Shown: one piece after another, positions 1 to 9,054 of the stretch | Layout of the letters: every line of letters begins with the position of its first letter | Position numbering within the stretch: position 1 is the stretch's first letter | From: Candidatus Omnitrophota bacterium | Lineage (GTDB): Bacteria; Omnitrophota; Gorgyraeia; Ghiorseimicrobiales; Ghiorseimicrobiaceae | DNA: 64,000 bases | Direction: 5' to 3' | Assembly (NCBI GenBank): GCA_030681595.1 | Contig: JAUXSB010000012.1 | Location: forward strand, 9,377 to 73,376 | Made by a program: the position numbers and the translations under genes | The notes under the pieces: generated by a model | Databases searched by the model: none | What the model was told of the DNA's origin: nothing | The model's input: the letters and a program-made list of their open reading frames with translations, nothing else

Positions 1-3000
1 TGCCCCCAAGATAAACATATGGTTAGCGGTTATGTTTGTTTCCGCTACTGCTTGCGGCGTCTTAAAAGTAAACTGAATATCGCGCTGACCGGAAAAACCT
101 GCCCCGTCGCCTCTGAAATCTCTTAAGATGATGGCGCCGGCTAAATCATTTGCGCTATAATTACGGCCTCCGATGGAATATGTACCACCTCCGCCGAAAA
201 GCGAGTTAGTTATCGTGGCGCCGAAATTGTTCTTGCCAAAACCCGGGTTCACATCCAATCCGTTCGCCTCGTGGCTGAACAACGGCCTAAACCACCAATT
301 AACCCCGCCCTCTTCTCTTGGGTTTCTTGCCTCATAAAGCGCGGCACCCGCCTTGGTCATGCCTATGCCGGTGATTCCGCCTAAGTAATCCCCTAAACTA
401 TAACTATTTTTTATGCTCCCGTCGTGGAATTGCACTACTTTTTCCCCCTCTTGATTCTTCAAAATTCTCGTTCCGTTCAGGCCATCCTGTACAAATGTAT
501 ATCCTTCAGGTATAGGTGATAGATTATTATTTATAGAATATTTCATTGCCTGGTCAAAATTATCAAAAATCTTATCTTGATTATCAATTTTGAACTTACC
601 ATCTAAATAAGTAATCCCGTTTAATAATGCCGCGCTGCTGCCGGACAAATTCCCGTCAGCCTGCGGCATAATACTGTGATTCACAAGATCGGAAGCCTTG
701 GTATTTTGTAAGCTGCTGCTCCTTTGCGGGTAGAGCTTATTCATATTCTGCCAAGAACCTTTTAGATTATCCATCTGTTGTTTATCAAGCTTATCTTTAT
801 ACTTTGTTTCTAGCTCATCTACATCTTTAATCTTATCCATTTCGTCAAAAGGAAGATTGTAGCGTTGCGCAAGCGCATCAAGATATCCTTGCCTGTAATA
901 ATTTGGCTGCTGTATGTTATTTGCGCTTGAGCCTGAATAAGCCATATTGGTCTGAAGAGTATTAGTTTGTTCATAGCGTCCATTTTCAAACATAGGATTT
1001 TTAATCACGGGATTAAAAACTATGATTTTCTGATAACCCGGGCTGTTAAGATTACTAATTGTATAAATATTATTACTGCTATCCTGACGGTAACCCATTG
1101 CCGGCATGCCGAATATTTTATTGGCGTAATCGTATTTATACCCGGAAAACACATTGGAATTAATTGCTGCCTGCTGCAATAAATCCCTTGCGCCATAGTG
1201 TAAATTATCGCTTAAATACTCCATCATGGCCACGCCAAAGCCCTTAGCATGATTGGGGTCTTCTTCTGTCCCGGATGCGGCATTTTGGCCAATCATCGCT
1301 AAACCAGAAGTATAGTTATAACTTTCCCAGAGAGTAACGGGGTTTTTATCGAAATCCCTCTTCGTGTTTGCCCATGGGCTGCCAAAGCTCAAGGTATCAG
1401 TAATATATTTATCCCCGGCATCTCCCATGCTTACCAGTATCGACTGAAGGAACGAAGGATCTTTAGGTAACGAAATATCCGGAGATAATCCTTCAGTGAG
1501 TGTTGGGGAAATCTTACCTGCTCCGTAAAATGCCGCGCCTTGTATAAACGAACTAAGCATATAAGCAGTATAATTACGCCAGAAGGGATTCTCGTCTAAA
1601 TTCCACTTTTTGCCAATCGAGCTATGGCTCAACCAACTGCCTATACCGGCAGTAGCTAGAGACATTACCCCTTCAGTGACGCCTGTTTTAACCCCCTCCC
1701 ATAATATTTGCTTTTGAATATCTTTGTTCGTTACTTTATCAAACTCTATGTCGTATAAATCCTTAAAGGCATCAGTCTGGCCAATGGTCTTCCAATCTGC
1801 ATTCTTTGCCCCTGTATCTTGCGGGTTCTTTTTTAAATACTCGTCTCTTGCCCGTTCAAAGGTAATATTTGCCTTTGCCTTATCCTCTTGCTCATACGTA
1901 TTTAAACCCGCTGCCACACTATAGGCCGAACCGAAAATTGTGCCAAAGCCCATACCAACCATTGAAGAAAACGGCGAAGACTCGCTTATCCAGTTACGTT
2001 TCTTGGCATAATCCTCAATCATCCCGCCGGCAATTTTACTGACTAAATTAGGCATATTATCTACGATACCCGCCAGCCAAGCGTATTTTAGGGCACCCAT
2101 CTCTCCTGCTGCCTTATGTCCCTCCATAAGTTTTTTATATTCAGCGCTTTGCGGGTTCATATTTTTCGCCCTGTTCGCTATCGCTCCCTGCTTATTAAGC
2201 TTATATTGCTGATTACTCGGACTATCTAATAGGCCTTCCATAAGGCCTTGTGCGAACATACCGCCGACTTGCCCCAAGATATTTGATTGCCATTTACTGG
2301 TATCTTCCGGCACCCAGTTGTTCCTTCTGGCATAGTTATTAATTCCTTGCGTTACTAACCCGCTAGTAAAGCCTATGGCAAAACCCTTTCCTGTTCCGGC
2401 GTTTTTACCGCCTCCGGTATACATACTTAGGCCCATACCTAAAGCCGAGCCGAACATCTGATAGGTCTGCTGATGGCCTCCGGTAAGATATGCTAAACTA
2501 CCTGCCGCGCTTGCCAAATTACTGGAAATCATCCCACCGGCATAACCTACGGCAAGAGTACCGTAACCGCCAAAACTTGACATGAATGTTCCAGCTGCGA
2601 ACCCCCCCCGTGCATAGTTACCTAATCCGCCCATTACATAGGCCGATACAATCGAAATAGCAATATTCGTTCCTATCTTACCCCAATTCCAGTTATCTCT
2701 GCCTCCGTTGCGCTCGCGCGCTCCCAATACAGCCTTGGCTTCCTCTTCAGGAATTAAATTAAAGGCTACTGGTTTAAGATTGGAAGTAAGAATATATCCA
2801 CTAAAATTTTCTAAGAATTTTTCGCGAGGTAAGAAGGTATTGCCTTTATCATAAAAATAATAAACCTTCTCGTTATCTATTTTTGTAACCAAGACAAAAT
2901 GGCCATTTTGTTCGGGGTTCGGGGAAAGGTGCGCGATAAAAGGCGTAATTGAGTTCAGGGAGTCTATTGAGCTTATTGAATTGTTGAGTGATAATTTTGC

Positions 3001-3555
3001 CGGATAAAGCTCTAAACCGAAATATTCGGCGGTTTTATTTAAAGAGTATAAAGAATTTAAAATGGAAAAAGAATTTGTGGGACTAATATTACCCGATAGG
3101 GCATCAATCAGAATAAGCAGAGTGGACAATTCTTCTACCTTAACTTCTTTATTTTTAGCCAGTAACAAATTATATAAAACATAGGTGGAACAAGGCACAG
3201 TCTCGGTTTCTGGTTGCTTTAACCAAGAAACAAGGGATTTTATCTCATCTTTTGTCCATTTTTTGCCTTCCGGGATAGCTATCAATAGGCCGGGCTTTAA
3301 TTCAAGCTGACTTAATCTTTTATTGGCTAAGGGGGTAAGATACCGGGAAATACTCTCGGCAACCACTTTATTAAACAGCTCCGGGTAGGCAGTGATATTG
3401 GCGCCAATCTCAGCGGGCACAGAAACTCCTCCGTTTTGCCAGAGGATAGCCGGGTTATACTCTATAGCCCAGGCAACCTGCTCAGGCAAAAAAACAGCCA
3501 CTACTAAAAGCGCGATGGCCTTAACCCATTTGTGCCTACGCCAGTTGGTTAACAT
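1..3555 (-). CDS. Very large secreted protein, partial (runs off the window start, >1180 aa). N-terminal signal peptide, then a C39-like papain-fold cysteine peptidase domain, then a long Gly/Ala/Ser/Asn/Tyr-rich low-complexity region.
   Basis: Minus-strand ATG at 3555..3553 opens a frame with no stop through position 1 (spot-checked at several places). N-terminus MLTNWRRHKWVKAIALLVVAVFLPEQVAWA looks like a signal peptide. Candidate catalytic Cys in ETVPCSTYVLYNLL and His in NGHFVLVTKIDNEKVYYFYD resemble the C39/PF13529-like family. Downstream are many GG/GY/SS-rich repeats. Confidence 0.6.
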   Translation of the reverse strand, partial: MLTNWRRHKWVKAIALLVVAVFLPEQVAWAIEYNPAILWQNGGVSVPAEIGANITAYPELFNKVVAESISRYLTPLANKRLSQLELKPGLLIAIPEGKKWTKDEIKSLVSWLKQPETETVPCSTYVLYNLLLAKNKEVKVEELSTLLILIDALSGNISPTNSFSILNSLYSLNKTAEYFGLELYPAKLSLNNSISSIDSLNSITPFIAHLSPNPEQNGHFVLVTKIDNEKVYYFYDKGNTFLPREKFLENFSGYILTSNLKPVAFNLIPEEEAKAVLGARERNGGRDNWNWGKIGTNIAISIVSAYVMGGLGNYARGGFAAGTFMSSFGGYGTLAVGYAGGMISSNLASAAGSLAYLTGGHQQTYQMFGSALGMGLSMYTGGGKNAGTGKGFAIGFTSGLVTQGINNYARRNNWVPEDTSKWQSNILGQVGGMFAQGLMEGLLDSPSNQQYKLNKQGAIANRAKNMNPQSAEYKKLMEGHKAAGEMGALKYAWLAGIVDNMPNLVSKIAGGMIEDYAKKRNWISESSPFSSMVGMGFGTIFGSAYSVAAGLNTYEQEDKAKANITFERARDEYLKKNPQDTGAKNADWKTIGQTDAFKDLYDIEFDKVTNKDIQKQILWEGVKTGVTEGVMSLATAGIGSWLSHSSIGKKWNLDENPFWRNYTAYMLSSFIQGAAFYGAGKISPTLTEGLSPDISLPKDPSFLQSILVSMGDAGDKYITDTLSFGSPWANTKRDFDKNPVTLWESYNYTSGLAMIGQNAASGTEEDPNHAKGFGVAMMEYLSDNLHYGARDLLQQAAINSNVFSGYKYDYANKIFGMPAMGYRQDSSNNIYTISNLNSPGYQKIIVFNPVIKNPMFENGRYEQTNTLQTNMAYSGSSANNIQQPNYYRQGYLDALAQRYNLPFDEMDKIKDVDELETKYKDKLDKQQMDNLKGSWQNMNKLYPQRSSSLQNTKASDLVNHSIMPQADGNLSGSSAALLNGITYLDGKFKIDNQDKIFDNFDQAMKYSINNNLSPIPEGYTFVQDGLNGTRILKNQEGEKVVQFHDGSIKNSYSLGDYLGGITGIGMTKAGAALYEARNPREEGGVNWWFRPLFSHEANGLDVNPGFGKNNFGATITNSLFGGGGTYSIGGRNYSANDLAGAIILRDFRGDGAGFSGQRDIQFTFKTPQAVAETNITANHMFILGA

Positions 3556-3608
3556 ATTCTACGTTTGCTTGTTAAATTTTTTAACACATCATACGTTCGC
3601 CCACCTAA

Positions 3609-3647
3609 TAACTTTACATTTTAAGCAATGCTTGAAATGTAAAGTTA
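3609..3647. repeat. Solo copy of the 37-39 bp palindrome (stems AACTTTACATTT / AAATGTAAAGTT) that also flanks the Y1 transposase at 13617 and 14578.
   Basis: Read directly in the sequence. Near-perfect hairpin with a single central mismatch, lying in the gap between the giant gene and the Flp gene. Confidence 0.85.
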
Positions 3648-3676
3648 CGGCTACTCCTCCTTCCCTAGTTATTTTA

Positions 3677-3859
3677 TTACTGGACAACTGTCACCCCTGT
3701 CTCATATTGTTCGCCTGAGCCGAAAACATCCGCGCCTTGGCGAAGCTTGCCTTGCACGCTAAAAGAAAGATACCTAAACATTACCGTACATGCCGCAACC
3801 GTCGCGGCAATTAAAAGCGCGTATTCCATTATAGACATAGCACGCCTGTTATTTCTCAT
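3677..3859 (-). CDS. flp: Flp/Fap-family type IVb pilin (60 aa)
   Basis: MRNNRRAMSIMEYALLIAATVAACTV: a basic N-terminus, the EY motif and a hydrophobic helix typical of Flp prepilins. Confidence 0.6.
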   Translation of the reverse strand: MRNNRRAMSIMEYALLIAATVAACTVMFRYLSFSVQGKLRQGADVFGSGEQYETGVTVVQ

Positions 3860-4730
3860 AATAATTTACCCCAATAATTACGTAACCCTCTTTACTTGGA
3901 TCTTTGGTTACAGTAACCATACAGCTTTTATAATAGCCCTGAAAAGTTAAGCCTCTGTTTTCCGGATCTAAAAGGCCTTTGATATCTTTTAGCTTTGAAG
4001 AAAGTTTCTCCGGAAAGTCAGCAAAATTCATCTCATCCTTCAACTGCCAATTATAATATGGCATATTCTGGCGGTAGAAATCCAGTACCTCCTTACTATT
4101 AGCCTGCGCTGTATAAACTAACGTCGCCCTCTTTTTAGGATGTTCATTAATAACAGAATTAATCCTGACTGCCCCGCGATAGCGGGGAACTGAATCCAAG
4201 TCCTTGCCGGGGGTATCCTCTTTAAAAAGCTTACTTTCCATTAGATTATCCTTGCACCCTGCTTTAGATCCAGGGGTTATGCCTTCCGGATTATCTGCTT
4301 TAGATTTATCCGCTTTTTCTACGGCAGCCCTGGTATCTGGATAGAGCATCGATTCTTTTTCTCTTATAGTCTGGGTTACCATAATCGCCGCACCTTTCGC
4401 GGCATTCTGTATAGAGATAACGGCAACCTTATCTTTCCTGAAAAAACTCATTAGCCCATAGCCGGATTCGTTCTTAGACATAAGTTCTTCCCAGCCGGAA
4501 TTAACCATTTGAGTTTTATAAAAATCAAATACCTCGTCCGGCTGAGCATTGTTTTTATAAAGAGTAACCTCTGCGGGATGTGCATTTACTTGTAACTCTT
4601 GTTTTCTCTCTATAGTGCTGCCGGGTAAAACAGGGATACTTTCCCATGCCGCCGCCTCGCTAAAAGCACCCATGGCGATTAAACTGCAAACTATAAGTCC
4701 TAAACTATAAACCAATTTTTTCATTGTCAA
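3849..4730 (-). CDS. Secreted protein of unknown function (293 aa) containing an internal duplication
   Basis: Signal peptide MTMKKLVYSLGLIVCSLIAMGAFS. Two related segments (EVTLYKNNAQPDEVFDFYKTQMVNSGWEEL and ATLVYTAQANSKEVLDFYRQNMPYYNWQL). Located inside the pilus gene cluster. Confidence 0.6.
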   Translation of the reverse strand: MTMKKLVYSLGLIVCSLIAMGAFSEAAAWESIPVLPGSTIERKQELQVNAHPAEVTLYKNNAQPDEVFDFYKTQMVNSGWEELMSKNESGYGLMSFFRKDKVAVISIQNAAKGAAIMVTQTIREKESMLYPDTRAAVEKADKSKADNPEGITPGSKAGCKDNLMESKLFKEDTPGKDLDSVPRYRGAVRINSVINEHPKKRATLVYTAQANSKEVLDFYRQNMPYYNWQLKDEMNFADFPEKLSSKLKDIKGLLDPENRGLTFQGYYKSCMVTVTKDPSKEGYVIIGVNYYEK

Positions 4731-4741
4731 CTCTCATTTCT

Positions 4742-5791
4742 TTAATTAAGCCCTTGCGCGTCTGTACTAATTAACTGCGACTCATAAGTATCGCTAAAGC
4801 TCCCCACAGAACCTCCGTCAGTTATGGCGCGGGACACAGAACGGATGCCTCCCCCGGTATTTGGGTCTGTGTAGCGCATATTCCAAATTCCTAAATCTTT
4901 GCTTGGCTGGTCGCGGGTTACCTTAACCGTTATTTCAGGTGCGTATTCGGAGTTGAAATCCAGATCTGCCATAGCGACAACAGGACAAGGAAGATAGGAG
5001 AAAGCCGTAACCCAGTTCCCGCAAGCACATACACCTGTTAGGGTACACATATTGGCGAAGCACACAACAGCACAAGCCAAACACACTCCAACAGAAATAA
5101 CACAAGCCGGGGGAGGGGCAGCAACAACCCAATACCAATAAACTGGAACAAGGAGACCGGGTATCATCGGTATCATTGGCACATCAGGCGCATCTACGTC
5201 TATAGTTAGGGTATTTGTCCTTCCATCCGCAGCCTGCCAAGAATAAGGGCTAAGTGAACCGGCATCGCAATCTTCGTCTTCCAAACAAGTCTGAAGCGGG
5301 CTTTTTCTTTGCAAATATTGGGCATAGGTCTCGCCCCAGTTCCTTGCTTTACCTTCAGTTATGTTAGCGTTGCTAAAGGCCGACTTATACGCCTGATTCT
5401 CCGCCATCTCATAGCCGTCTTCCAATGTTTTTATCGCAGAAGCATAAAGCATTGCCTCTGCCGCGATAAAGGAAAGCCATAACACGTACATCATTGTAGG
5501 GTATGCACAAAGATACCAAGGAATAACGAGCATGGCGACTTGTGTTTCAACATATGATTCAGCCATCTGGGAATTGATATCCACAAGGGCGTTCAAGGTA
5601 TTATTATGTATGGTAGCGCCTGCTAATGCGCCGGCATCCGCGGCATTGCCGGTATTGGTCTTGGTTAAACCGACCTTGCCCAGATTTACCGCCACCATCA
5701 TCGCCATAATCAAGACCACGATTACGGCAATCATAAATGGCGTAACCTGCCCGCTTCTATAACGTAATCTTAATACTGCTGTGCCGCGCAT
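4742..5791 (-). CDS. TadG-like pilus assembly protein (349 aa) containing an unusual cluster of 11 Cys residues
   Basis: TadG-type N-terminus GQVTPFMIAVIVVLIMAMMVAVNLG. Cys-rich hydrophobic stretch ACVISVGVCLACAVVCFANMCTLTGVCACGNWVTAFSYLPCP. Confidence 0.6.
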   Translation of the reverse strand: MRGTAVLRLRYRSGQVTPFMIAVIVVLIMAMMVAVNLGKVGLTKTNTGNAADAGALAGATIHNNTLNALVDINSQMAESYVETQVAMLVIPWYLCAYPTMMYVLWLSFIAAEAMLYASAIKTLEDGYEMAENQAYKSAFSNANITEGKARNWGETYAQYLQRKSPLQTCLEDEDCDAGSLSPYSWQAADGRTNTLTIDVDAPDVPMIPMIPGLLVPVYWYWVVAAPPPACVISVGVCLACAVVCFANMCTLTGVCACGNWVTAFSYLPCPVVAMADLDFNSEYAPEITVKVTRDQPSKDLGIWNMRYTDPNTGGGIRSVSRAITDGGSVGSFSDTYESQLISTDAQGLN

Positions 5792-6618
5792 TTATCCCTC
5801 TCTGCCTGTGCCTGAAGAAGTAAATTTGTGGCATCTGCCCTTATCGCATTGCCTTTATCTCGTTCTAACTGAGCATCTATACGTTTCTGCAGGGCCTGCT
5901 GAAGTAATTGTTGTTCAAGTGCCCGATACTTAACTTCTTCATTCAGATAGTAATCCCGTTGGCCTATCCAGTAATCCCTTTGACTAGAATAACTAGAACA
6001 GTCGCAATAACCGCAACCATTCATACAAGTAGCGTATAAACTCGCCCAGTAATTGGCTTCACTATTTGCGTTGTTTGCCTCCGCTGCGTAATAATCTGCT
6101 TGTGCTCCATACACAGCTGCCTGTTGCTCTAATAGGTATGCGTCTAAATCTAACAGCGCCGCGTTATAATCATATTTGGCAGCATCTATGTTCATTTGGC
6201 TAACCTGCGCCTCCAAAGCTGTGGCGGCCGGGCAAGGATCAGCCGCTCCACCTCCTCCGTCGCCTCTGCCGCCCCCTGTGCCTGAGCCAGGAGTATAAGT
6301 TCCGGGTGAGGGGAAATTTTTTCCTTTTAACACCCAATCTTCATTTAACTGCCTGCGTGCGTATACCGGCCACTTCCCCGGAGCAGTATTACTTCCCGCG
6401 TCCAGCCGCGAAGCAACAAACGGGGGTTCCTTCTCCACAAGTTCATTGTTATACCAGACCCCGATACGCACTGCTCCAGCAATAAAGAAAATAAGCGCTA
6501 CTAAAGCAAGGGCCATTTCTAAAGTTACCTGCCCGCCAATGCTTTGTGGCGTGGCCTGCCCGCGCCTGCAGGTTGCTCTTTTGTAATCTAAATCTTTTAA
6601 CTTATAATTCATAACCAC
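5770..6618 (-). CDS. TadE-like pseudopilin (282 aa) with a Gly-rich segment and an Ala/Gln/Tyr-rich coiled-coil-like C-terminus
   Basis: TadE-like N-terminus GGQVTLEMALALVALIFFIAG, followed by GTGGGRGDGGGG and then repeated AA/QQ/YY motifs. Confidence 0.6.
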   Translation of the reverse strand: MVMNYKLKDLDYKRATCRRGQATPQSIGGQVTLEMALALVALIFFIAGAVRIGVWYNNELVEKEPPFVASRLDAGSNTAPGKWPVYARRQLNEDWVLKGKNFPSPGTYTPGSGTGGGRGDGGGGAADPCPAATALEAQVSQMNIDAAKYDYNAALLDLDAYLLEQQAAVYGAQADYYAAEANNANSEANYWASLYATCMNGCGYCDCSSYSSQRDYWIGQRDYYLNEEVKYRALEQQLLQQALQKRIDAQLERDKGNAIRADATNLLLQAQAERDKCAAQQY

Positions 6619-6624
6619 CCATTA

Positions 6625-7212
6625 TTAATGTAACGTTGCCCAGGTTCTTCCTTTGGTTATCGATGTACCTGCGGCTGACTGCCTGTATCTGCCATCCGTA
6701 TCTAATCCTTGGGTATAGGTAAAAACCGAGCCGTCTTCTGCTAAAAGCCGGGTAGTAATTGTATCTCCCAGCGTTGCTTGACGATTGGTACTGCTCTGGA
6801 CATTACTCTCTGTCTTTATGTCCGTAGAATTATAAGCCGTATTGGCATCTGTTTCTACATTCCATATTTTTTTATCATTAGGGATTGTGAACAGATCTTC
6901 ATTTATCTGATAGAAAGTGAATTCGTTCGGCTCGCCAAAAGACCAAAGCACGCTTGCGCTAGCACTTACGCTTTGCCTATTACCCTGCTTAAAACCGCCG
7001 AATAAATTGGGGCCCCTATAATTTTTAATAATCGTATAGCTCACACTTCCGTTGTTATCGTATGCCTTTTGTAGCGCCATACGGAATGCCTGCTGCTGTA
7101 GGGTCGTCTGCTCCGTCATATTATTGGCAAAAGAAATTAAAAGCCCTAAAGCAACCATAACCATAGAGCCGAATACCGCCAACTCTGTAGCCGCCTGCCC
7201 CTTTTTTTTCAT
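6625..7212 (-). CDS. TadE/TadF-like pseudopilin (195 aa)
   Basis: MKKKGQAATELAVFGSMVMVALGLLISF matches the TadE-like N-terminal domain. Confidence 0.65.
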   Translation of the reverse strand: MKKKGQAATELAVFGSMVMVALGLLISFANNMTEQTTLQQQAFRMALQKAYDNNGSVSYTIIKNYRGPNLFGGFKQGNRQSVSASASVLWSFGEPNEFTFYQINEDLFTIPNDKKIWNVETDANTAYNSTDIKTESNVQSSTNRQATLGDTITTRLLAEDGSVFTYTQGLDTDGRYRQSAAGTSITKGRTWATLH

Positions 7213-7258
7213 CTTATTTTTAAAATTCCTCTTTCACACCCCCGCGGTGTGAAGTTTT

Positions 7259-7624
7259 TTAATTTATATTGGTATCGGTAGTAGTCTCTGTAATAGGCAG
7301 CAGATCTGGAAACTGGTCATCGTTTATGGAATATTCTGTTGCCGTGCGCGTTTGCGTATCTGAAGCTGTCTTTGTCGTACTTCTGCCTGCTATGGTTTCA
7401 ACCTGCGGCGGCCTGATTATATTAACTACTGCGGTAGAGGCCGTTTCCATGTTGGCATACTCATACTGTGTCGGCCCGATAAAAGACTTAGTCATATCCC
7501 TTACCCGCCCCTGTATCCCCCTTTTAATATAAAAACTCATCGCTAGCAACGCCGCGGAAACTATGCTTAAGATAATCGCGTACTCTGCTAAACTTTGCGC
7601 TTTCCTTCTTGCGATAAACATCAT
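7259..7624 (-). CDS. flp: Long-form Flp-type pilin (121 aa) with a Ser/Thr-rich C-terminal tail
   Basis: QSLAEYAIILSIVSAALLAMSFYIKRGIQGRVRD, followed by a Thr/Ser-rich tail. Confidence 0.7.
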   Translation of the reverse strand: MMFIARRKAQSLAEYAIILSIVSAALLAMSFYIKRGIQGRVRDMTKSFIGPTQYEYANMETASTAVVNIIRPPQVETIAGRSTTKTASDTQTRTATEYSINDDQFPDLLPITETTTDTNIN

Positions 7625-7645
7625 CTTTACCCCCCGCGCGCCCTT

Positions 7646-7933
7646 TTAAGGAGCAACTACCGTTTCGCTAGTGGTACGAAACTTTGTATCGGTAGTGTTA
7701 GTTGTCGTTAAACCCGAGCTGGTGGTTTCGCTAATTTGTAAATTCTGCGTATTAGTCGTGCTTGACGAAGTGCTCCCAATGGCATACTTCGGGCCTATCC
7801 GTTCGCTATAGGCCCGAAGCCTGCCCATCATGCTGCGCTTTACGTAAATCTGCATCATCACTAAAGCGGCAACAATCGCCGCTAACAGCAGACTTACTTC
7901 CAGCATATTTTGTGCCCTGCGAATATTTTTCAT
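7646..7933 (-). CDS. flp: Long-form Flp-type pilin (95 aa) with a Ser/Thr-rich tail
   Basis: MKNIRRAQNMLEVSLLLAAIVAALVMMQIYVKRSMMGRLRAY, then STSSSTTNTQ... Confidence 0.7.
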   Translation of the reverse strand: MKNIRRAQNMLEVSLLLAAIVAALVMMQIYVKRSMMGRLRAYSERIGPKYAIGSTSSSTTNTQNLQISETTSSGLTTTNTTDTKFRTTSETVVAP

Positions 7934-7957
7934 ATCTCATATCCGCTTAAACAATTG

Positions 7958-8045
7958 GCCAGAAGGCCATGGTTTGGCTTTCCATATAGCCAAAGCCATA
8001 AGCCAGAAGGCCATGGTTTGGCCTCCTAATTGACCAAAGCCATTA
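7958..8045. repeat. Rep-A: two tandem 44-bp imperfect palindromic units (GCCAGAAGGCCATGGTTTGGC...GCCAAAGCCAT)
   Basis: Read directly. The same family occurs at 23730, 34333 and 34688, and inside the CDS at 12061-12112. Confidence 0.85.
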
Positions 8046-8049
8046 CTGG

Positions 8050-8403
8050 TTACCATGCGGTAGTCTTTAACACCTCACCTGATCCCCAAGCACCTAACGT
8101 TGTGTCGTCCGTCCTGATATTAGTCTCTGTTACTGTCACATTTGACCCCTGAACACCACTACCTCCGACCGAGTCACCGCTTGCCGATTCCAGAGACGAA
8201 CCGCCGCTCGAATAAGTAATTGTCCCGGAATAGGCCACTGGGTCAAACTGCTCTCCGATGTCATCGGCAGAAGACTTTATCCTGCCGCCAACGCCGCGTT
8301 TAAGATATATCTGCATCATTATAAGTGCGCCGACAATCGCCGCGATAACTAAGGCATATTCCAAAGTACTCTGACCTCTTAATCTTTTAAGCATTTTTTT
8401 CAC
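8050..8403 (-). CDS. flp: Long-form Flp-type pilin (117 aa)
   Basis: Canonical Flp motif MKKMLKRLRGQSTLEYALVIAAIVGALIMMQIYLKRGVGGR, then a Ser/Gly/Thr-rich tail. Confidence 0.75.
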   Translation of the reverse strand: MKKMLKRLRGQSTLEYALVIAAIVGALIMMQIYLKRGVGGRIKSSADDIGEQFDPVAYSGTITYSSGGSSLESASGDSVGGSGVQGSNVTVTETNIRTDDTTLGAWGSGEVLKTTAW

Positions 8404-8454
8404 CTCCTTAAAATTAAACTCTCTAATCCTTAAATCGTTTTTCCTTCTTGCTTT

Positions 8455-8814
8455 TTAGTCTGCTACGATTCCGGTATACACATCCGAGCTGCCTGCGTCT
8501 CTGCCTACGTTCGTAGAAAGAGCTGTATTCTGCCTGCCGCCCCTACCGGCAAACGTGCTGCCGCCGCTAGATGAACGCGAAGTCGTAACTGCGGAAACCT
8601 GGTTACGCAGATAATAGGGCTCATATTGTTCGGTAGTGCCTATCACGGCACCATCCGCATTCGTAGCCATATACCGCGTCGCGTCGTGATACCTTCCCTG
8701 CAACCCACGTTTAATATAAACCTGCATAGCAATAAGTGCGCCTATAACTATCGCGATTACTATCGCGTATTCTGCTGTTGACTGACCTTTGATTTTTCTG
8801 AACATTTTCTTCAC
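8455..8814 (-). CDS. flp: Long-form Flp-type pilin (119 aa)
   Basis: MKKMFRKIKGQSTAEYAIVIAIVIGALIAMQVYIKRGLQGR, then a Ser/Thr/Gly-rich tail. Confidence 0.75.
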   Translation of the reverse strand: MKKMFRKIKGQSTAEYAIVIAIVIGALIAMQVYIKRGLQGRYHDATRYMATNADGAVIGTTEQYEPYYLRNQVSAVTTSRSSSGGSTFAGRGGRQNTALSTNVGRDAGSSDVYTGIVAD

Positions 8815-8858
8815 CTCCCTTAATTTAGATATTCCTCTCTCGCATTATCTGATAGCGA

Positions 8859-9023
8859 TTAAAAGGTTACCCCGGCTGTCGCATTCGTTAGAGCACCAGC
8901 TGTAGCGGTCATGTTACTTTGTACCGCGGTATTGATAACCGTCTTTCCTATAACAATTGCCGCTATAATCGCTGTCAGGATAATCACGTACTCCAGCGTA
9001 CTCTGACCCTTTATCCTTCTCAT
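8859..9023 (-). CDS. flp: Short classic Flp pilin (54 aa), absent from the ORF track
   Basis: Hand translation: MRRIKGQSTLEYVIILTAIIAAIVIGKTVINTAVQSNMTATAGALTNATAGVTF. A GGGGTG ribosome-binding site lies 6-12 nt upstream. Confidence 0.7.
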   Translation of the reverse strand: MRRIKGQSTLEYVIILTAIIAAIVIGKTVINTAVQSNMTATAGALTNATAGVTF

Positions 9024-9054
9024 CTTCACTCACCCCCTTTCTTTTTTATTAAAT

